Source: Ramazzottius varieornatus (Eukaryota; Animalia; Tardigrada). From it: a DNA stretch of 64,000 bases. The notes under the pieces are model-generated. The model ran no database searches. It was not told where the DNA came from and saw only the letters and a program-made list of their open reading frames with translations. The stretch spans positions 6,733,591 through 6,797,590 of the forward strand of contig BDGG01000001.1 of assembly GCA_001949185.1 (NCBI GenBank). The letters are read 5' to 3'. Shown in pieces: positions 46,601-61,300 of this stretch. The number at the start of each line of letters is the position of its first letter. Position 1 is the stretch's first letter. A program made the translations under genes and the position numbers.

Positions 46601-49600
46601 GATTTTAGCCAGCGGTGTCGCATACCCAGTCCATGCTTCTTTTTTCTGGCACCCGGTGAGTGGGGAACAGCGATAGACTCGTCTTCGGATAAACTAACCC
46701 TGGGAGACTTCGAGCTTGTCATACCTAAACGGCCAAAATCCGACGTTAGTGTCGTAAAGAAAGATATTCTAAAACAATAGAGCGAATTCACAAAGAACCA
46801 CAATAGAAACCGAGAGTTATGTAAACTGAGCGGATAACTTAGGCAACCTTGTTTTCTTTATTTGTCGAATCAAGGATTCGGGGAGCAAGTGTAGCCTACC
46901 TTTAAGGTTACTCTCGCTGTTTTCTCTGGATTGCATAGGTTTCAAAAAGACCTTCTGTTTTTTGGCGAATATGCCGCGCAAGTATCCCGCGGAAGCTGAC
47001 GCGCCACTTGTGTTGACGTCGCCCTCGAACGGGCTGTCGTCAGTGTGTTCGTTGTCATCTTGTGTGGCGGCACGACCAGCTTCCGAGTCCAGACGGGAAT
47101 GTCGGATAAGAGGCTTTCTTTTGTGCTGCTGGGAGGCTGGTTGTTGATTAAGCTGCAGATGAAGGGTGGTTGGAGTGTCGGGTCGTGACTTGATGTGCAG
47201 CGAGGTGCCGGCTTGTGATGATGGCTGAGGTGGCATGATGGATGAGGGCGGGTACTGCTGCGACTCCATCACACCCGACATGACAACGCGCCGAAAGATG
47301 CTATCATAAGCTTCCTTTATGTATGTCAGTAATGAGCGCAGATCGTTCTGAAGACCCTGCCAATCATAAGAAATACCATCGTGTGTTCAAGAAGGCCTTT
47401 CAACCACCGCAATTCGTCACAATCAAAACGTCTGAAATTAGTCACATCATACCGTCACCAAATCAGACAATGGAAAAACAGACCGAAATGCTTCTTAAAA
47501 AATTCTGGATACAAACCAACGCAGTAGCCTCAAAAATCAACGCAGTAGCCAAATGGTTTGTGCAGTTTTAATGCACATTCCACAGATTTTCCCAGTCGGG
47601 GCCGTAAGGGGATATTCGTGCGACTTACCATATTTTCAGGACGCTTGATGACGTCCATCCTGTCAATCAGTTGGGTTATTATGGGCTTTGTTGCTTGTGC
47701 AGCCACTATAAACGGAACAATAGCAGGGTTAAAAATATACGTTTCTAACTTGTCGCTGGTGGCACCTCTTTCGTGATGTACCCTCCTTGCTCTAAAATAG
47801 ACTTGATTGCCAGTATGTATTGTTACCCCAGGAAAGTGTCTTTTTCATCGGTTTAGAAATCCGCGATTGATCTTGAGCGACAGGACTGACGCAGCTGCTG
47901 AAGAAGGCGTGACAGAACTCGACAATAACAGCCAGTTCGTGCTTGATGAACATGTTTCTGAAGAACCGTTTAGCTTCAGGCTCGTTCAAGGTTTGTAAGC
48001 GGTGGATCAGTGAATAGGCTTGACGACGCATGTATTCCACAGGATTATTCCTGCTTTGCTGGATATCTTTTCCGCATCCGTACGGACATCCAATTATTAC
48101 AAAAATTCTACGGAAAAACACAATGGGGAAACTGCAGAAAAATGGTGGACTGGAAGTTTACAAAATTTATGATCCATCGAAAGTTATGTGGGAAGGTTTA
48201 CGGAGAAACAAAGTCGAAGTTTGGCACACGCGCCTGGCCTAAGTGTGGGGATGGACAAAAATGTGGGGAACGGAGCGAAAGCGACTGTGCTTTGATTGAT
48301 TTAATTGATCGGTCAACCACAGCTGGCCCGTGTCGCTTTCGCTCCGTTTTCCACATTTTTGTCCATCCCCATTTTTGGGCCAGGCACATGTACTGTAACG
48401 TTTTTGTATACCAGCAGGTTAGAATGGACCACTGGAACAGAAACCCGGGTACCATTGCATGTGATGTGATGTGTTGACCGCTTGGTTTCTATTTGAGAGG
48501 CTCAAACTCAACTTTTTACCGGAAATGTGCTTACCTGGTGGTGCATGAAAGAACTAGACGGAAGATTGTGGGATCCAGGCTGATGAGCTGGGGGGTGGAG
48601 GAGGCAGTGGGGAGGGTAGAAAGCATGTCGGTATCGGGCGAAAGCTGCTGCAGAGTGTGGCCGGGAAGCACACTAACATTTTGATTCACATCCAATAAAG
48701 TATCAAGTAAGACTTCAAGAACACTTAAGGCAACATCACAGATTCTTTGGCTTGGTCGCTCGTTCAAGGCCACGAGTATGGCACGCGCCACGGCTTGATA
48801 ATTGAGCTGGCCATCATCCTGGATCAGGTTGGTGGCACCGCGTGCTTCTTGGTATTCCGAGAGCGGATAGGCAATACTGGAGTCGGTTTTGCTCCGCTGC
48901 AACCCCATCTCCTCTCCCCGCTCCTCCTCACCGGCTGACGCTGTCCCAGCTGGACTGTTTTCCGTCGTTATCGTAATCCTTGGATAACTCTTTCCTGTAA
49001 TGCACCAGTCCCGTTGTTATTTTCCCATGACAAAGCACAATAAATTCGGAAAAATCTGACAACCCTTCCAAGACAAAAATTCGCTTACTGCGAGAAGAAT
49101 GAAAATTTCAGTGTCTAAATTCCCGAAATTCAATGTTTTTTGCACTCATTACAATTTTTAGCTTCTGTGGTGACATATTAGCGCAACACTCGACATTTTT
49201 CTACCTTTGCAATGCACAGAATGGTGTTTGTATCACTGACTGAGCTTGTTTGTAGGCACGAACCTGCTCGGAATAAAGGACCCCGATCCTTCGGAGTGAC
49301 CGGGTTGGAAGACGAAAAAGGAGAAAGAGCCGACTTGGTCGTGGTGGTTGGCGAAGAATAATACTTTTCCTCATCGCCAAAGGCGAACATGACGTCCTGA
49401 TGTTTGAGAGGCAAGCCCGGCGTACTGACTGGCGAAACATCTTCCTGCCTGGCCGATAAAGTTTGCCCGCCAATAAAGAACTTGGGTTTTGCTTCTTCCG
49501 CGTTCATCCTTCTCTTTTTCGAATTGACGTCTTTCGGAGCCAGATAGTCCGCCCTTCGGGGAGTTCGCACTTCGCCCAGCGTTTTCTTCAACGACGGTAC

Positions 49601-52600
49601 AGAGTTACTCCGTTGCCTGACTGTCCCCGTGCGTTGATAGTAGTCACGGATTTCCAGCAGTCGGTTGTAGAAATATCGCAAGGCCCAAAACATGCCTTCT
49701 TCCGACCATGGGGGGACGTAGAGGCACCGGAGGACGGCAACGTCGAACAGAGTGGCTACGCTGACATCACGAGCTGGCTGGGAGCGCGTCTCGGTCATCT
49801 GCGAATGAATAGACATCTCCAGCTTGTTGTGCAGGAACTCCTTGTCGATAGGCGAAGTATGGTTACGGGTAGGCAGGGCTACAGGTTCAACGGCACCGGT
49901 CAAGAACGCGGAAGCGGCCAGGGAAGCTTGCTGAGCAAGAGCGGAGGCGGCGGAAGAAAGCAGGGGAGCCATGACTGGACGGTCTCGACGTCGACGATGA
50001 CCACATTTACACCTACAAAATATATTTCCATAACCATCCAGTCTAATGGAAGGCTGAGCGCGAAAAACATTTATCTGTTGACATCCTCACTTTTGTTGGA
50101 ACGCCCTTCCCTGTATTTACGTGAAGTTTGTGCAACAACAGCAGTGAACTAAACCTACTGCCCTTTTTCTGCTTATTTTTGGAAAATCTGATTTCTACCA
50201 CGGACGAACGTGAAATTAGCATACCGTAAGAGTTCTTTTTCTGCTGGCTGAATTTTGGTATTGCAGAATTCACAGATATATTCGAGAGTCGGCGTTAGAG
50301 TCCCCGGGGTCTCCAAGGTGGTCAGGGTGCATATCTCGCTCATGTGAGCCAGTGGTGCCCCTGAATGTGGCGCAGTCTTGGCTCGCTGTAGTGCTTCTTT
50401 GGCGGCTGCCGCTTCCTCGACGTTTCTTTCCGGCTCTGCCAGAAGGAATCCTTCGTCCACTTGTGCTCCGGTGTAGATGTCCCCCACATTCCCTAACCCA
50501 GAAGGTCCGATCTCCATCTCCGACATGGTATCGTTGGTGTTGCGGGTAGGCTTGGCCGGTGCAGTGAAGAGTGGAATGTCGGGTTGACGGTACTCCCACA
50601 AGGGCTGCCATAACCGCAGTCCGTTCTCCAGCCGGTTGGTCCGACCCGCCCTCTCGCTGGATCGAAAGTCGGAGGGATCGAGTTGAGGCAGCAACGGAGC
50701 AAAGAGGTAGACCAGAACCTGTAACGAGAAGAGGTGTCAATATGATCACAGCTTAGCACGCATGGGTTCTTTTGGTCGTTTCGCGATGACGTCAGTATAG
50801 AGTACCAATCATGGGCTCAACACAGGCAATCAGCCCTTTAATCCTTCTGACACTTGGACGGCTTGGTGCAAAAATAACATTAAGCCGTCACACGAGATTT
50901 ACCATGAAATCAATGTGAGGTATATTTTTGTCATTTAAAAATGCTCATACCTGTAGAGAGGTGATTGGAAAGAGGTAGGGCTCGTTTGAAGGCGCGCCAT
51001 TGTGATGGGGATACAAGGAACTGCGTCGTCCGGTGGGGGCGGGTCGCTCTTGACGAGCCGAGTCGACGCAGTCGGCAGCGGCGTCGAGAAGGAGGTAGTG
51101 GAGGGTGTATAAAAGTTTGGTCGTGTTGGGACCGAGAGGTGCGGCGGGAGGAGCTGTCGAGGGCTGGCCAGACACCGAAGGGTCGTCGCGATCGGCATCG
51201 CCAGCAGCAGACTGGTTCAGACTGCGGCGCGGCTGGCTCTCCAGCGTCGACGCACAACAGTGCATCACATAGGGCAGGGCGGCCACAATAAATCTCCATC
51301 GTGGAATACTAAGTATGGCGTCCGATAAACTCGGTGAAAGACCGTGAAGGTTATTCTGTACTAAGATGCGTTCAAATGTCTACGAGGAAAATAAACAAAA
51401 GGTTACATACTGCATGCAGTGCTCTTAGTAAATTTCCAAAATGCCACAGCTTCTTCATCTGGACAAAACTGGGTGGATTTCGATACAGACACATTGTTCT
51501 CTACTTCATTTGGTGTCTCGAATTCGTTCTTTTTCCTGGTATAACGGAAATCTTGATTGGTTGACGATCTGCTTTACGAATGCACCTTCGAGTTTGTGCT
51601 TTACAGGTTTGTGGTTAACTGCGACCTCGGCCCTCAGTCTAATGCATGGCGTAAGGAATAAATGCTCTCGATAGATGCTGAAAATGAGAAATTGCTGATA
51701 TACATATCAGTCTCCGGTGAACCTGAGGAACATTGTGTTCATCAGGTGTTCATCAGGCCTTGTAGAACATCCCTCTCTACATTAGGCTTTCGTAACATTC
51801 TCCACGTTATTTACCAACGTTTTTGGGGCCTAGCGCAATAAATAGGCATCGCTGGGTTTTTCGCACCTTGTTTGGAAACAAATTGGTTGAAGAAGAGATG
51901 ACAGAAAATTCGTACAAAGGGAGATCAGGAAGATTTTGAATGACTATATTCCAGAATTTTCTCTCTGCACTGTTCTAAGGACTTGGTTGATGAAGGCTTA
52001 CGTGAAATGCTTAGCTGAGGGATCATGCGGATAGTATCGAAACCGAAAAACCGAAAAGCATGTCGTGGTCCACTTTTTCGTTTTACAATAAACCGTTTTT
52101 TAAAACGCCGTATGGTGATCGTGCTCACGCCAGCATGCGCCACTTTGGTGCGGTAAGAGGTATTGCTTTCCACAGCCGTTTAATTCCGCGGGAACTTCTC
52201 AACGAGAAAGTCAATGAGGACCTCAATGTTGCAAATTTTTCTGAAGGTTAGACAGTGAACTAAATTCACTGAGAGTTTTGAGATAGAGATACTGTGAGTG
52301 AGTCCAGCTTTCGATTAAAAGGATGAAATTTCCGATCTGGTTATCCTCTGAAAGAAAGTGGGTAACGGCGAGCCGAGTTTTCATACGATCGATTGCTAGC
52401 CAAAATGTTCAGGAAACGAGTTTGAAGACCTCAAGGGCAATCCGGTACGGATAATGGGATCTAGTGTGATAAACATCTGGGAACACGATTGTGAAATTTA
52501 TGTGGCCGTCTGACCAGTGGTCAGATGGCTACGTCAGGAAACTATGAAAGGGTTCGCTCTTTGAACTGAAGCAGTTTTGACGTCATACAGCGTGAGAATG

Positions 52601-55303
52601 CGCCGCCATCTGTTCGGACGCAGAACCCCCATGCGGCAGTACTGTAATCACCCCCAGGATTATCGGGAATATCTTTCTAAAACGGCGAATAGTTTTGTGG
52701 AACTTCTTTCCGTGGCGGAGCGTGGCGGCTCTACCACTTAACAGCCTAGAGTATTCTGATAACCTGATGTCAAAAATTTTCAGACGGGAAAGCTCAGTTG
52801 TTGGAAATTCTTCTCCTTGCTGCAAAATTTTTGATAGCTTTTCGTATCAACGATTGCTGGACCTGTGCTAAAAGTGAGAAAGGTACAGCTTTGAGTTCAA
52901 GAAAATAGGGGAAAATTCGCCAGCTCTCGGAAGAAACACAAACTTTCAAAAACTCTGTGGTAAAAACCAAAATTTCATAGTTAAATGCCTGCTACACTGG
53001 TTAGTGGTCCGTAACGATCATGATTGCTATTGATAATTTATGGATGGGGAAAGTCAGACCTGCGGGGTTATGGTTCAATGGCCTACAGTCACGTCTGGAG
53101 CTTGGATGTCGGGATTACGTAAACAGGTTTCAGATATGCAAATGTACCCCCTCTCCTCTTCCTGGTCAGACTGATGATGTGGAAAATAACCATAGTCTGG
53201 AACGGTGCTGGTTGGGGGAACCCGAACTTGAACTTGAACATGAAAGGTTAAGCATGTCTTGCTTTGAACCACTTCCACACTCGAGCTTGATGTTACTTGT
53301 GATATTATAATCGAAAATTTAGGATGGCGTCCAGGAAGGGATTCTTCCCGCGCAGAAGCCACTGAAGGCCGTAGGAGGAAGTTCAACGAAACAACAGAAA
53401 GGGCTTACGTTTAGGCTGTAAAGTAGTGCCGGGCACTTACCACACAAGATGCCTCTTGCAATTTCCGGTTGTATGGACGGACAAAAGGACTGCAAAGGAA
53501 GAAACAATTAGTACCAGGAATAATCAGATCGCGCTCGTGGTACAGTCTGTGTAACATTTTAACAGGCTACATGCACAGACTGCCGCTGCCTTTTCTCCGG
53601 GCACTGCCAGCGACACTCCCGTTCACTGGATGCACTGCTTTTTGGCTAAGTGCACGGCATGGGTACAACCTTCGCAACACAGTGATTTCGAAGGTTGTCG
53701 GCGAGCGAAAGTAAATCTGATTCTGACTCGTTGCAACCCCACTCTCGCTCGTTCGATAGATCATCATCAGATTTTGCTGCCTGTGTATGTTTTATGGTTG
53801 AAAAACTGATTGTCTTATTGGTGCGATTGGCAGAAGGTGCCTGTCTTGTTGTGAAAGCTGACCTCAACCAGAGAAATATTTCTGCGGCCGTGCAAGACCG
53901 TCAAATTAACTCAAATTATTTATATGCGATAGTAAAATGTTTTTAATAAATCATAAACCGGATTCAACACTTTTCATTCGCTGCTAAACAAGCAAGTAAA
54001 AATAATACGCGAAACAGTTTCAACTTTTTGCTCCTTGGTTGATGGCGAGCCCAGTTTGTTTACTTGCCACAGTTTCCAGGCCACCAAGAAACAGAGAAAT
54101 TAAAATAAATGCCTCCTGACGTGTGCCGGAATGCTGTTTCAACAAGATAGCATAAGCGGAACTTCTTCTAAGCTTCGTGCAGTGGCGTACGTACCTGAAA
54201 TCAGCTGAATTTTCATTTCAAAAACAAACGCCGGTTTCGGGGTACTTTAGATCTCTTCGAACTTGGTTTTCTCAATCACACGATCTGAATGAAATTTTCA
54301 GACAAAACCTTCAAGAAGCCGGGCTACCTGTGTGATTTGAGAGCAGGGAAGCTACAACGGAGTTTTCTGTTGCACTGCAAATCCTATCGAAGCAATCAGA
54401 ATCAACCTGTACCGTTATTTTTGAGCGAGCCTCGCATCACGTCACGGGGATGTCGGGACCGGATGTTTTGATGCCCAATCGATGTGGGCAGGTAATTGAA
54501 CTGCTTCTTAATAATTATATGTTGTGCCTTCTGCGTTTCTTGGGCTCAGTCCTGCGCGCACAGTCTGATGTTTTCCGCGTTGACCGTCATCGCAGTGCTT
54601 TCGGCAATCTCGACTTCCCATTTCTGCGTGGCTCAACGTGCGCCATTTAAAAGTTAAGCAACACATGGGACCAAAGCACCATCGAGAAACCATTTAATCG
54701 ATCGATAATAACCGCTTTTTGGTTGATGGCGAGCCCGAAAAGATCTCTTTTTCTCTATGATCGAAAGTCGCGAACTGAACAACGCAGGACAGCACTGTAC
54801 GCAGGGCACACACGAGCGATCACCATTGCAACGTTGCCCACTGTGGCTTTTTTACGTCAGTGTTAATGTTCTCTGACAAACGAGACTCGCTGATGGAATG
54901 TGGACGGTGCATCGGAAAACAGAGCTATAGATTACATCTACTGGCTCGCCCAGGTTTCGCTTATGACCAGGATACAGTATACGTAGAAAAACATCGGTAT
55001 AAACCTTGACTGTCAAATTTTCTGATGACATGGGCCGAACTGCGACACGAACTAGTTGTCAGCCTGTCACGGCTTACGAAGTTCGCTTAAAATGGAGAGC
55101 GAGTTCTTTTTTATCAAGGCGTGGACGTTACTGAGGCACCGATTTTGTGAAAGAGCTTACCTGAACTGACGCCAAAGGAAATTCTGGATAGGAATAGGTA
55201 AAGATTCCAAATCAGTGTTGGCATCCTTGCTGGTGGCGGTAGTATTGGGATGGACAGAGACGTCAGTGGTTTGGTGCAGTGCATGGTCTTTCCGTTTGGG
55301 CAT
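37646..55303 (-). CDS. unc-80: UNC-80, NALCN channelosome subunit (about 30 exons)
   Basis: First coding exon 55303-55161 (MPKRK...LPIPIQNFLWRQFS), then 53489-53441 (PFVRPYNRKLQEASCV), then TFERILVQNNLHGLSPSLSDAI..RWRFIVAALPYVMHC..TKLLYTLHYLLLDA. Later motifs ATLFDVAVLRCL, CPFALKMAACQLLLEITAFLRET and VPSVRGISFKDIKAVLRREQCD..VPGAKKVVVHGP are also typical of UNC80. Stop at 37646. Confidence 0.93.
48227..48390. mobile_element. ~160-bp MITE/foldback in an unc-80 intron
   Basis: ~54-bp inverted repeats GCCTGGCCTAAGTGTGGGGATGGACAAAAATGTGGGGAACGGAGCGAAAGCGAC ... GTCGCTTTCGCTCCGTTTTCCACATTTTTGTCCATCCCCATTTTTGGGCCAGGC. Confidence 0.8.
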
Positions 55304-58300
55304 ATCAGAGGGATGTTAGGTGTGGTAGGTATACAGTGGTGCTCTACAACTGCCGGCCGGACACTGTAATGATCGTCTGTGGAACAATAATAGTCCACAA
55401 AAGAAGCCTTGAAGGAATGGTGTTGACGCCGATACATGCATATGGTCGGCTGGGACATATCATGGATGATATCAGGGACAAGCTCCACCACTCACACGAC
55501 CTCCCGACCTGTAAATTTCGTATTCACCAGGACTCAATGTACGCACTCTAGCAAAGTCGGTCACCGTCACAAAATGTGATGATATTCCACAGATAAAATA
55601 ATATTGGCTGTAATAGCAGCTGGATCAATGTAGAAAAAGGATTTCAGTCGTGGCTGCTGTAGCTTCCTCTTCCGCATCACTTCATTCCGGCTTACTTTAG
55701 CTCCAGCATTCCCCCATCGTCTCTTCTTCATGCATCCCCAACAACATACAACAAGATATGAGACAATGAATGACGTTAAAGTAGAAGGAACTGCTGAGGT
55801 TGTAAGATGTGGTATCTTCAATGGCAACACATCAAAAAGCCGCGGGCTGTTTTTCCCAGGACGCCGACCTTCCACCACTGAGGGTCATATCCGTCACATT
55901 GATCAATATTGCACAGTCCACGACGCATAGATCAGCAAATCTAAAACGAGAAAAACGTGTTAGATACTGGGAGGGGAAAGATCGTAATACCCTATATGTA
56001 CGTACAGTCAAGGGAGGAAATCAAGCGTGGTAATCCGCAAACCATCTCTATCCTACATACAGCCTGAGCGGTGCTCTGAGTTCGACAAATTCGGCGAGGT
56101 GAAAGGCAGATGAGATTGAATTGGATTGAAAATTAATTTTGGCCTCGGCAGTAAGGAAGGTTCGAATGGTAATGCGGGAAGACGTAACAGAAAATCTGGG
56201 GTGTTCCTTATCGCTGATCATGGGCGCGTGCGAGGTATACTAAGAAAAGCGGCATGGTGAAGTCTACTACAGAGTATAGGAAACTGCCTATTGCCTGAGC
56301 AAGGCGGCCCAGCCCGGCTGGCGATTGCTGGCTTGTGCCCTGCATGGAACTATCGGATGGGGAGTGTGGATGGCGTCAGGCACAAGAGCCATAATTACGG
56401 GAAGTGACAAGAAGGATATGTACCCAGTCTTGGGTGAGGAAAGAGTGCACGGATGGCAGCTAGTCTAGGAGCTGTGGCAGGAAGATGTGACAAGAGCCAA
56501 CTGTGAGTGAGTGGGTGCTAGCAGAAATACTATATGGCCTCTACAGCTCCAAAACCCCATCTCAAACATTTGCCGGTTTTCACAACCAACTCTCTTCAAC
56601 CAGCTTCCTCACTCCCTACACGTCGATATTACGATAATGTGATGGCACCAGAAATGACATACGTAGTGTACCGCACTGTATCTTGCGTCATAACATTTTC
56701 CAACAAAGGGAAGAACCTATGTTTACTGACAATGTTCGAGGTCCTGTATACCGACTGTAGCTATTGTTTGTTTCTCAGCCTTCCGGATCCTGAAACTATA
56801 GGTCAGGAGTACATCTGAAGTGTCATCTATCGACAACGAAAATGAAAGTATCAACAAAACGAGGTCCTCCAGAGGTATTCCGGGTAATGCTCGTTTGATG
56901 TGACACCAAGGAACACCGGCATTACATGATATGGTACGTTACAATTAGGTTTCTTTTTTGTAGAATAAGTTAATAATATAATAGACAACTGTCTGAGAGT
57001 AGAATATGCAATAATTTCTTTTATATCTGAGTCATCAGGATTTGAGTAACCGCATTGCTGTCGTGGTCCTGGCAGCGAGGAAAAAACGTTCTACATCTCT
57101 GCAATTGAATAGCAAATCAGGATTGACATTTGATGTGGAGGACAAACAAACGCATATCCCAATACACACATGAGCAGTTCACATACAGGGCCATGTGGGT
57201 TCGCCAGCTTGTACAGACGGTTAACGTACTTTGCCAACTGTCGGCATGGACAAGTATTAGCAGCGGCTCGCAGGCGGTATACGGGCCAGCTAGGGATAAT
57301 AACCAATCAAATAAATCAACCTAAGTAGTGCCGCTTTCGCTCCGTTGCCAATAATTTTGTCCATGCCAATAATTATGCGAAGTACGTGTATACACAGACG
57401 AGGTGCTACAGACTATATGGCCAGCCAAAGTCGTTGCCTTTACAGTATCCGCGGATATCTATCGCTTTTTTGTCAGCCTGCCTTCGCAGGGTTCCTTCCT
57501 TACTTGCCTCGGCACCATCCAGTTTGGTTGGCACACTGGAGGAAGGCCCGGCAATGAGGGTGATAACATTACAGATGTGGAGATATATCACAGCTGCCGG
57601 CTAGTAAGAAGGAAGCCGGGCCGGTTGGGCTGGCTGATGAGTCCTCCGCTCCGTCTTTGTCACCACACGTCGGGCTTGCACATGGCTCTTCGGCACGATA
57701 CTCGAGAGCCATAGCCTTTCATCCTGCAACAAGAGCTGTAATATTGCTTCTGCTTCCTTCCTTCCTTTCTTCCCTTCCTTTCGTCCTACTCCGTCTCTAT
57801 CCTGCACGCTTCGGGGTCTCCGCTGACGACCACGCGAAGATGGAAGCAGGTCCGCGGGGCGACAAAAGCCGCGCATAACAAAAACCACAGATAAATTAGG
57901 GCCCCCAATAGTCGCTCGTAAAAGTCAGCTCAAGACAAGGTCTACAGCTCCGTAATGTGCTCTTTATAGGCTTCAGATGAACCCACTGGGATCTATCTTA
58001 TCGCTCAAACAGCACGGCCAGACGTGCCCAGTGCACTATAACAGACAACGAGCCAGGCCGTTACAACGTAAACCGACCGGAAAGCCAACCCCAGCCAACG
58101 AGCAGCCCTTATAAACTACACAGTCAAATCAATCGATCGTGCATAATTAACCAGATTAACCTAAAATCCCCTCGCCCGACCACGCATCTTCCTTCGTCCC
58201 CACCGCGTGCTTCTTTCCCGATATATTTGACCGCGGAAAAGCAAACATCCCAGAAATCCAGAGCTATGTTTGCCGTAAATGACTATTTGGAAACATACGT

Positions 58301-61300
58301 CCCCACGACCCAGCCTCTAAAAGGAATGGCCTTCTCTCAGTTCCAATCATCTTTCTTGTCGGAGTTTGTCAAGATTGTCTGTCCAAAAGTACATGTGTTC
58401 ATTGGGATAGTTTGACAATCGCCATGACGGAATAAACACTTTTCTACGAGTATCCTATCTTTTGAGATGAAGGATACAGTGCCTACTTTGGTTACAGTTA
58501 CGGTTACTGTACACTGATGCTGCGCTGTGAATGATTTTTAATTGGAGAGTTCACGGTCAACTTCCGGGTTCCGGTAAGGTGATCCAGGATAACTGTGGAT
58601 TTGAACAGACGGCAAAAGCCAACACTATCAAGTCTATACCGTATGGCAAATAAAGTATGGAGGGTGAAACTGCAGCCTATGGTTCTTGAGGAGCGATGGC
58701 TGCTTCCACTTTGGAAGCTTTCCCTAAGTCAACAAATCCAAGCGCGCCAAAAGGCCGCGCGCCGTTCTGAACGAGTTGGCTGTATGCACCAGCAGAGTGT
58801 ATAATAGACAAGATGGAAGACCTATAAATCGATCAGGTGAAAAACCTCACACATGAGAAAATTCAATTACCTTTTCGAGCTTCTCCAAAGATTGACACAG
58901 GTATCAAGGCAAGATCAGCCAACGTTATAAAGACGAAACGGAGGTATTAGCACCGGCTTAAGATGAATAGGCAGGAACAAAAGGATGATCCCCTTTTCGG
59001 TTGGAAAATTGATGACTCTGAATAACCACAGCGAATAAACGATTCCAACAGCAATGGTTGTGATCACATTAGCTTTTTCTTAAAGGGTAAAAGAAGAAAG
59101 AAAGTCTGATCTCATTTGGGCCCATGAAATGGGAAAAGTACTAAAGTACGCGTCAATGAGAAAATGGCGTAATAACAGCCGAATATCGGCGGCGGCCTTT
59201 ATCCGTACAGTACAGACCGGATCACAGAGCACTTTCGTCAAGCAGACCTTTCTTCTTCCTATCTCACACAATCCAGCTTGAGAAAAGCCTTGAGCAAAGG
59301 GGGATCGAGCAAAAGAAGGACCGCGAAACGCTGTAAAACTCCAGCCACGATATCTTTCCCAAGATGTTGGACTATAGTGACTGGTTGACTCCGAAGAAAG
59401 GGGAACGATCGGCAAAGGAAAGAAAGGGCCGGCATACAAGAGTCGAGTTTGTTCTCTACGTATACATTATGGAAGGGACAGCTAGGCCTGGCCAGACAAA
59501 TATTTGGAGCAGAGCTAAGTTAGCACGCTATCTGCCAGGGCGGTACACTGTCGTTGTCGGCTGCGGCCTTCAATCGTGTCGAACACTAGGCCAGTTTCTT
59601 CCCCTCTCTTCACTCTGCAGTTAAAGGCGAAAGTCATGCAGCGAGGAAGGAAGGATGGATGAAGCCGCATGTACCATAGCCCAAGCAAGTCATCCAGCTG
59701 TGTTGAAAGAGATTGCTGTTGGGGACGATGGGGATGGGCACTTGCCATAGACTGATACGTCGTCGCTGGAGCTACCATAGACTGACTGTCCAAAGCTAGT
59801 CTTCGATCCTTCCGCTGCCCTTCCAGCCAAGGGCCGACATACTGGCCGTATCCTGGCACGCATCAGAGAGCTGAAGCATTGCCTGATCGATCCAAATTGC
59901 CTGTGGCACTGTTGAAGGTTTTCCCCCGCGCCGGCTCAACAGTCACTCCATCTTCCCGCCTGGACCCTTTCTTCCCTCTCTCTGTGCGTAACCTGATATG
60001 GACAGTACGTGCATGTGATTGATAAAGGACGGTACAGCCCGAGCTTTCTCGCTGTGTAAAGGCGAACTTTCAACGTGCTTTCAACACCTTTTGTCATTAC
60101 TGTACATACTGCAGCAGGGCCCAAATGCCCGTAGAGAGAGTTAACGGTTGCGTCATTCTGTTATTACAGCTGCGGCAATTTTCCTTTGCGGAACTCAGGT
60201 CGCTGCATGGTCACCATAAAAAAGACGTAGATTATACATATGGGATCACTTGCTTACCACCTGGTGGGACTTGGTACTCGGGCTAGATACTTCGGTTTCA
60301 ACTGGCATCTTATGCGTACTCGAACATTACCGCATTCGCAGACGTTTTCCGCACAGCGGAAAGACATGGCTTCTGTCGTTCGTTTTACACTGCAAGGTTT
60401 GCATCGTGGGTCGAAGCTGGTCCGTACGCGTCGTGCCAAGGCAAGCTCAAGTAGCTCTCCATCAACGCTGGGCCTGTCATTTTCTTTCCATCCACTCTAT
60501 TTATCTCCACCACGCAGAACCAACCCTTCAGCTACCAATTTGAGTTCCCCAACAGCGTGCGCACATAGGCTTACCATCAGACAGGGTCTCTGGTTGTTTT
60601 CAATCAGAGATATGCATGTAAGACAGTAATATGGCTACGTTGATTCGGCGGATGTTGCGTTATTTGATCCAAACCATGATATGGACACTGCGTTTAATTT
60701 CCGCCTTGTGCGCTCTCCCGCCTTTGATGGCCTAAGTGATATTTGTGTTATAAGAAACAACATGTGTTTCATGGCAAAAAGATCGATGGCTGGTTTTTCA
60801 CTTAGGTCGACGGTCGAGTGCGCCTCAGTCCACATCTTAAACTCAGCAAAGGCCTTGCTTGCGTGCGCGTCTACTCCATTGAGAAAAGGATGCATGGTGT
60901 ACTACTATAGCAGCGGTGCTCTATGACTTAAACGTGCTTGGTTATACCAGCGATCATTCTTTTCTCAGCACAGGCCAAAGATGCCTGTCGGCATTACTGT
61001 CTTAAGTACAAAATTCAAATATTTACTGATAACTGCAATTTGACCAATTCCCGTTGCTAAACTAACGGTGTCGCACTTGCGGGACAGCAGTTTCGAATTC
61101 AGGTACAGCCTGTCCGGGCTGACTTGCTACCACCTAAAAAGCAAGCTGCTGGCGATTGGGTCACGGTCGAACCTTGAAATTAATTTCTCGTGATCTATCA
61201 ACCTTTTGGCCACATCAGAGAACCTTAGTGGCGAAAAATCGGTTCACATGAAATCAAGATCGAAACGAACCTGATGGGTGAACAAAGAGTAAAATACAAC

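Noticed and set aside
47513-47550. 21-bp tandem duplication (CAACGCAGTAGCC x2) and an 11-bp duplication near 51736
   Set aside because: Ordinary intronic slippage duplications.
37768-51291. Many + strand and off-frame ORFs across unc-80
   Set aside because: They are shadows of the unc-80 coding exons.
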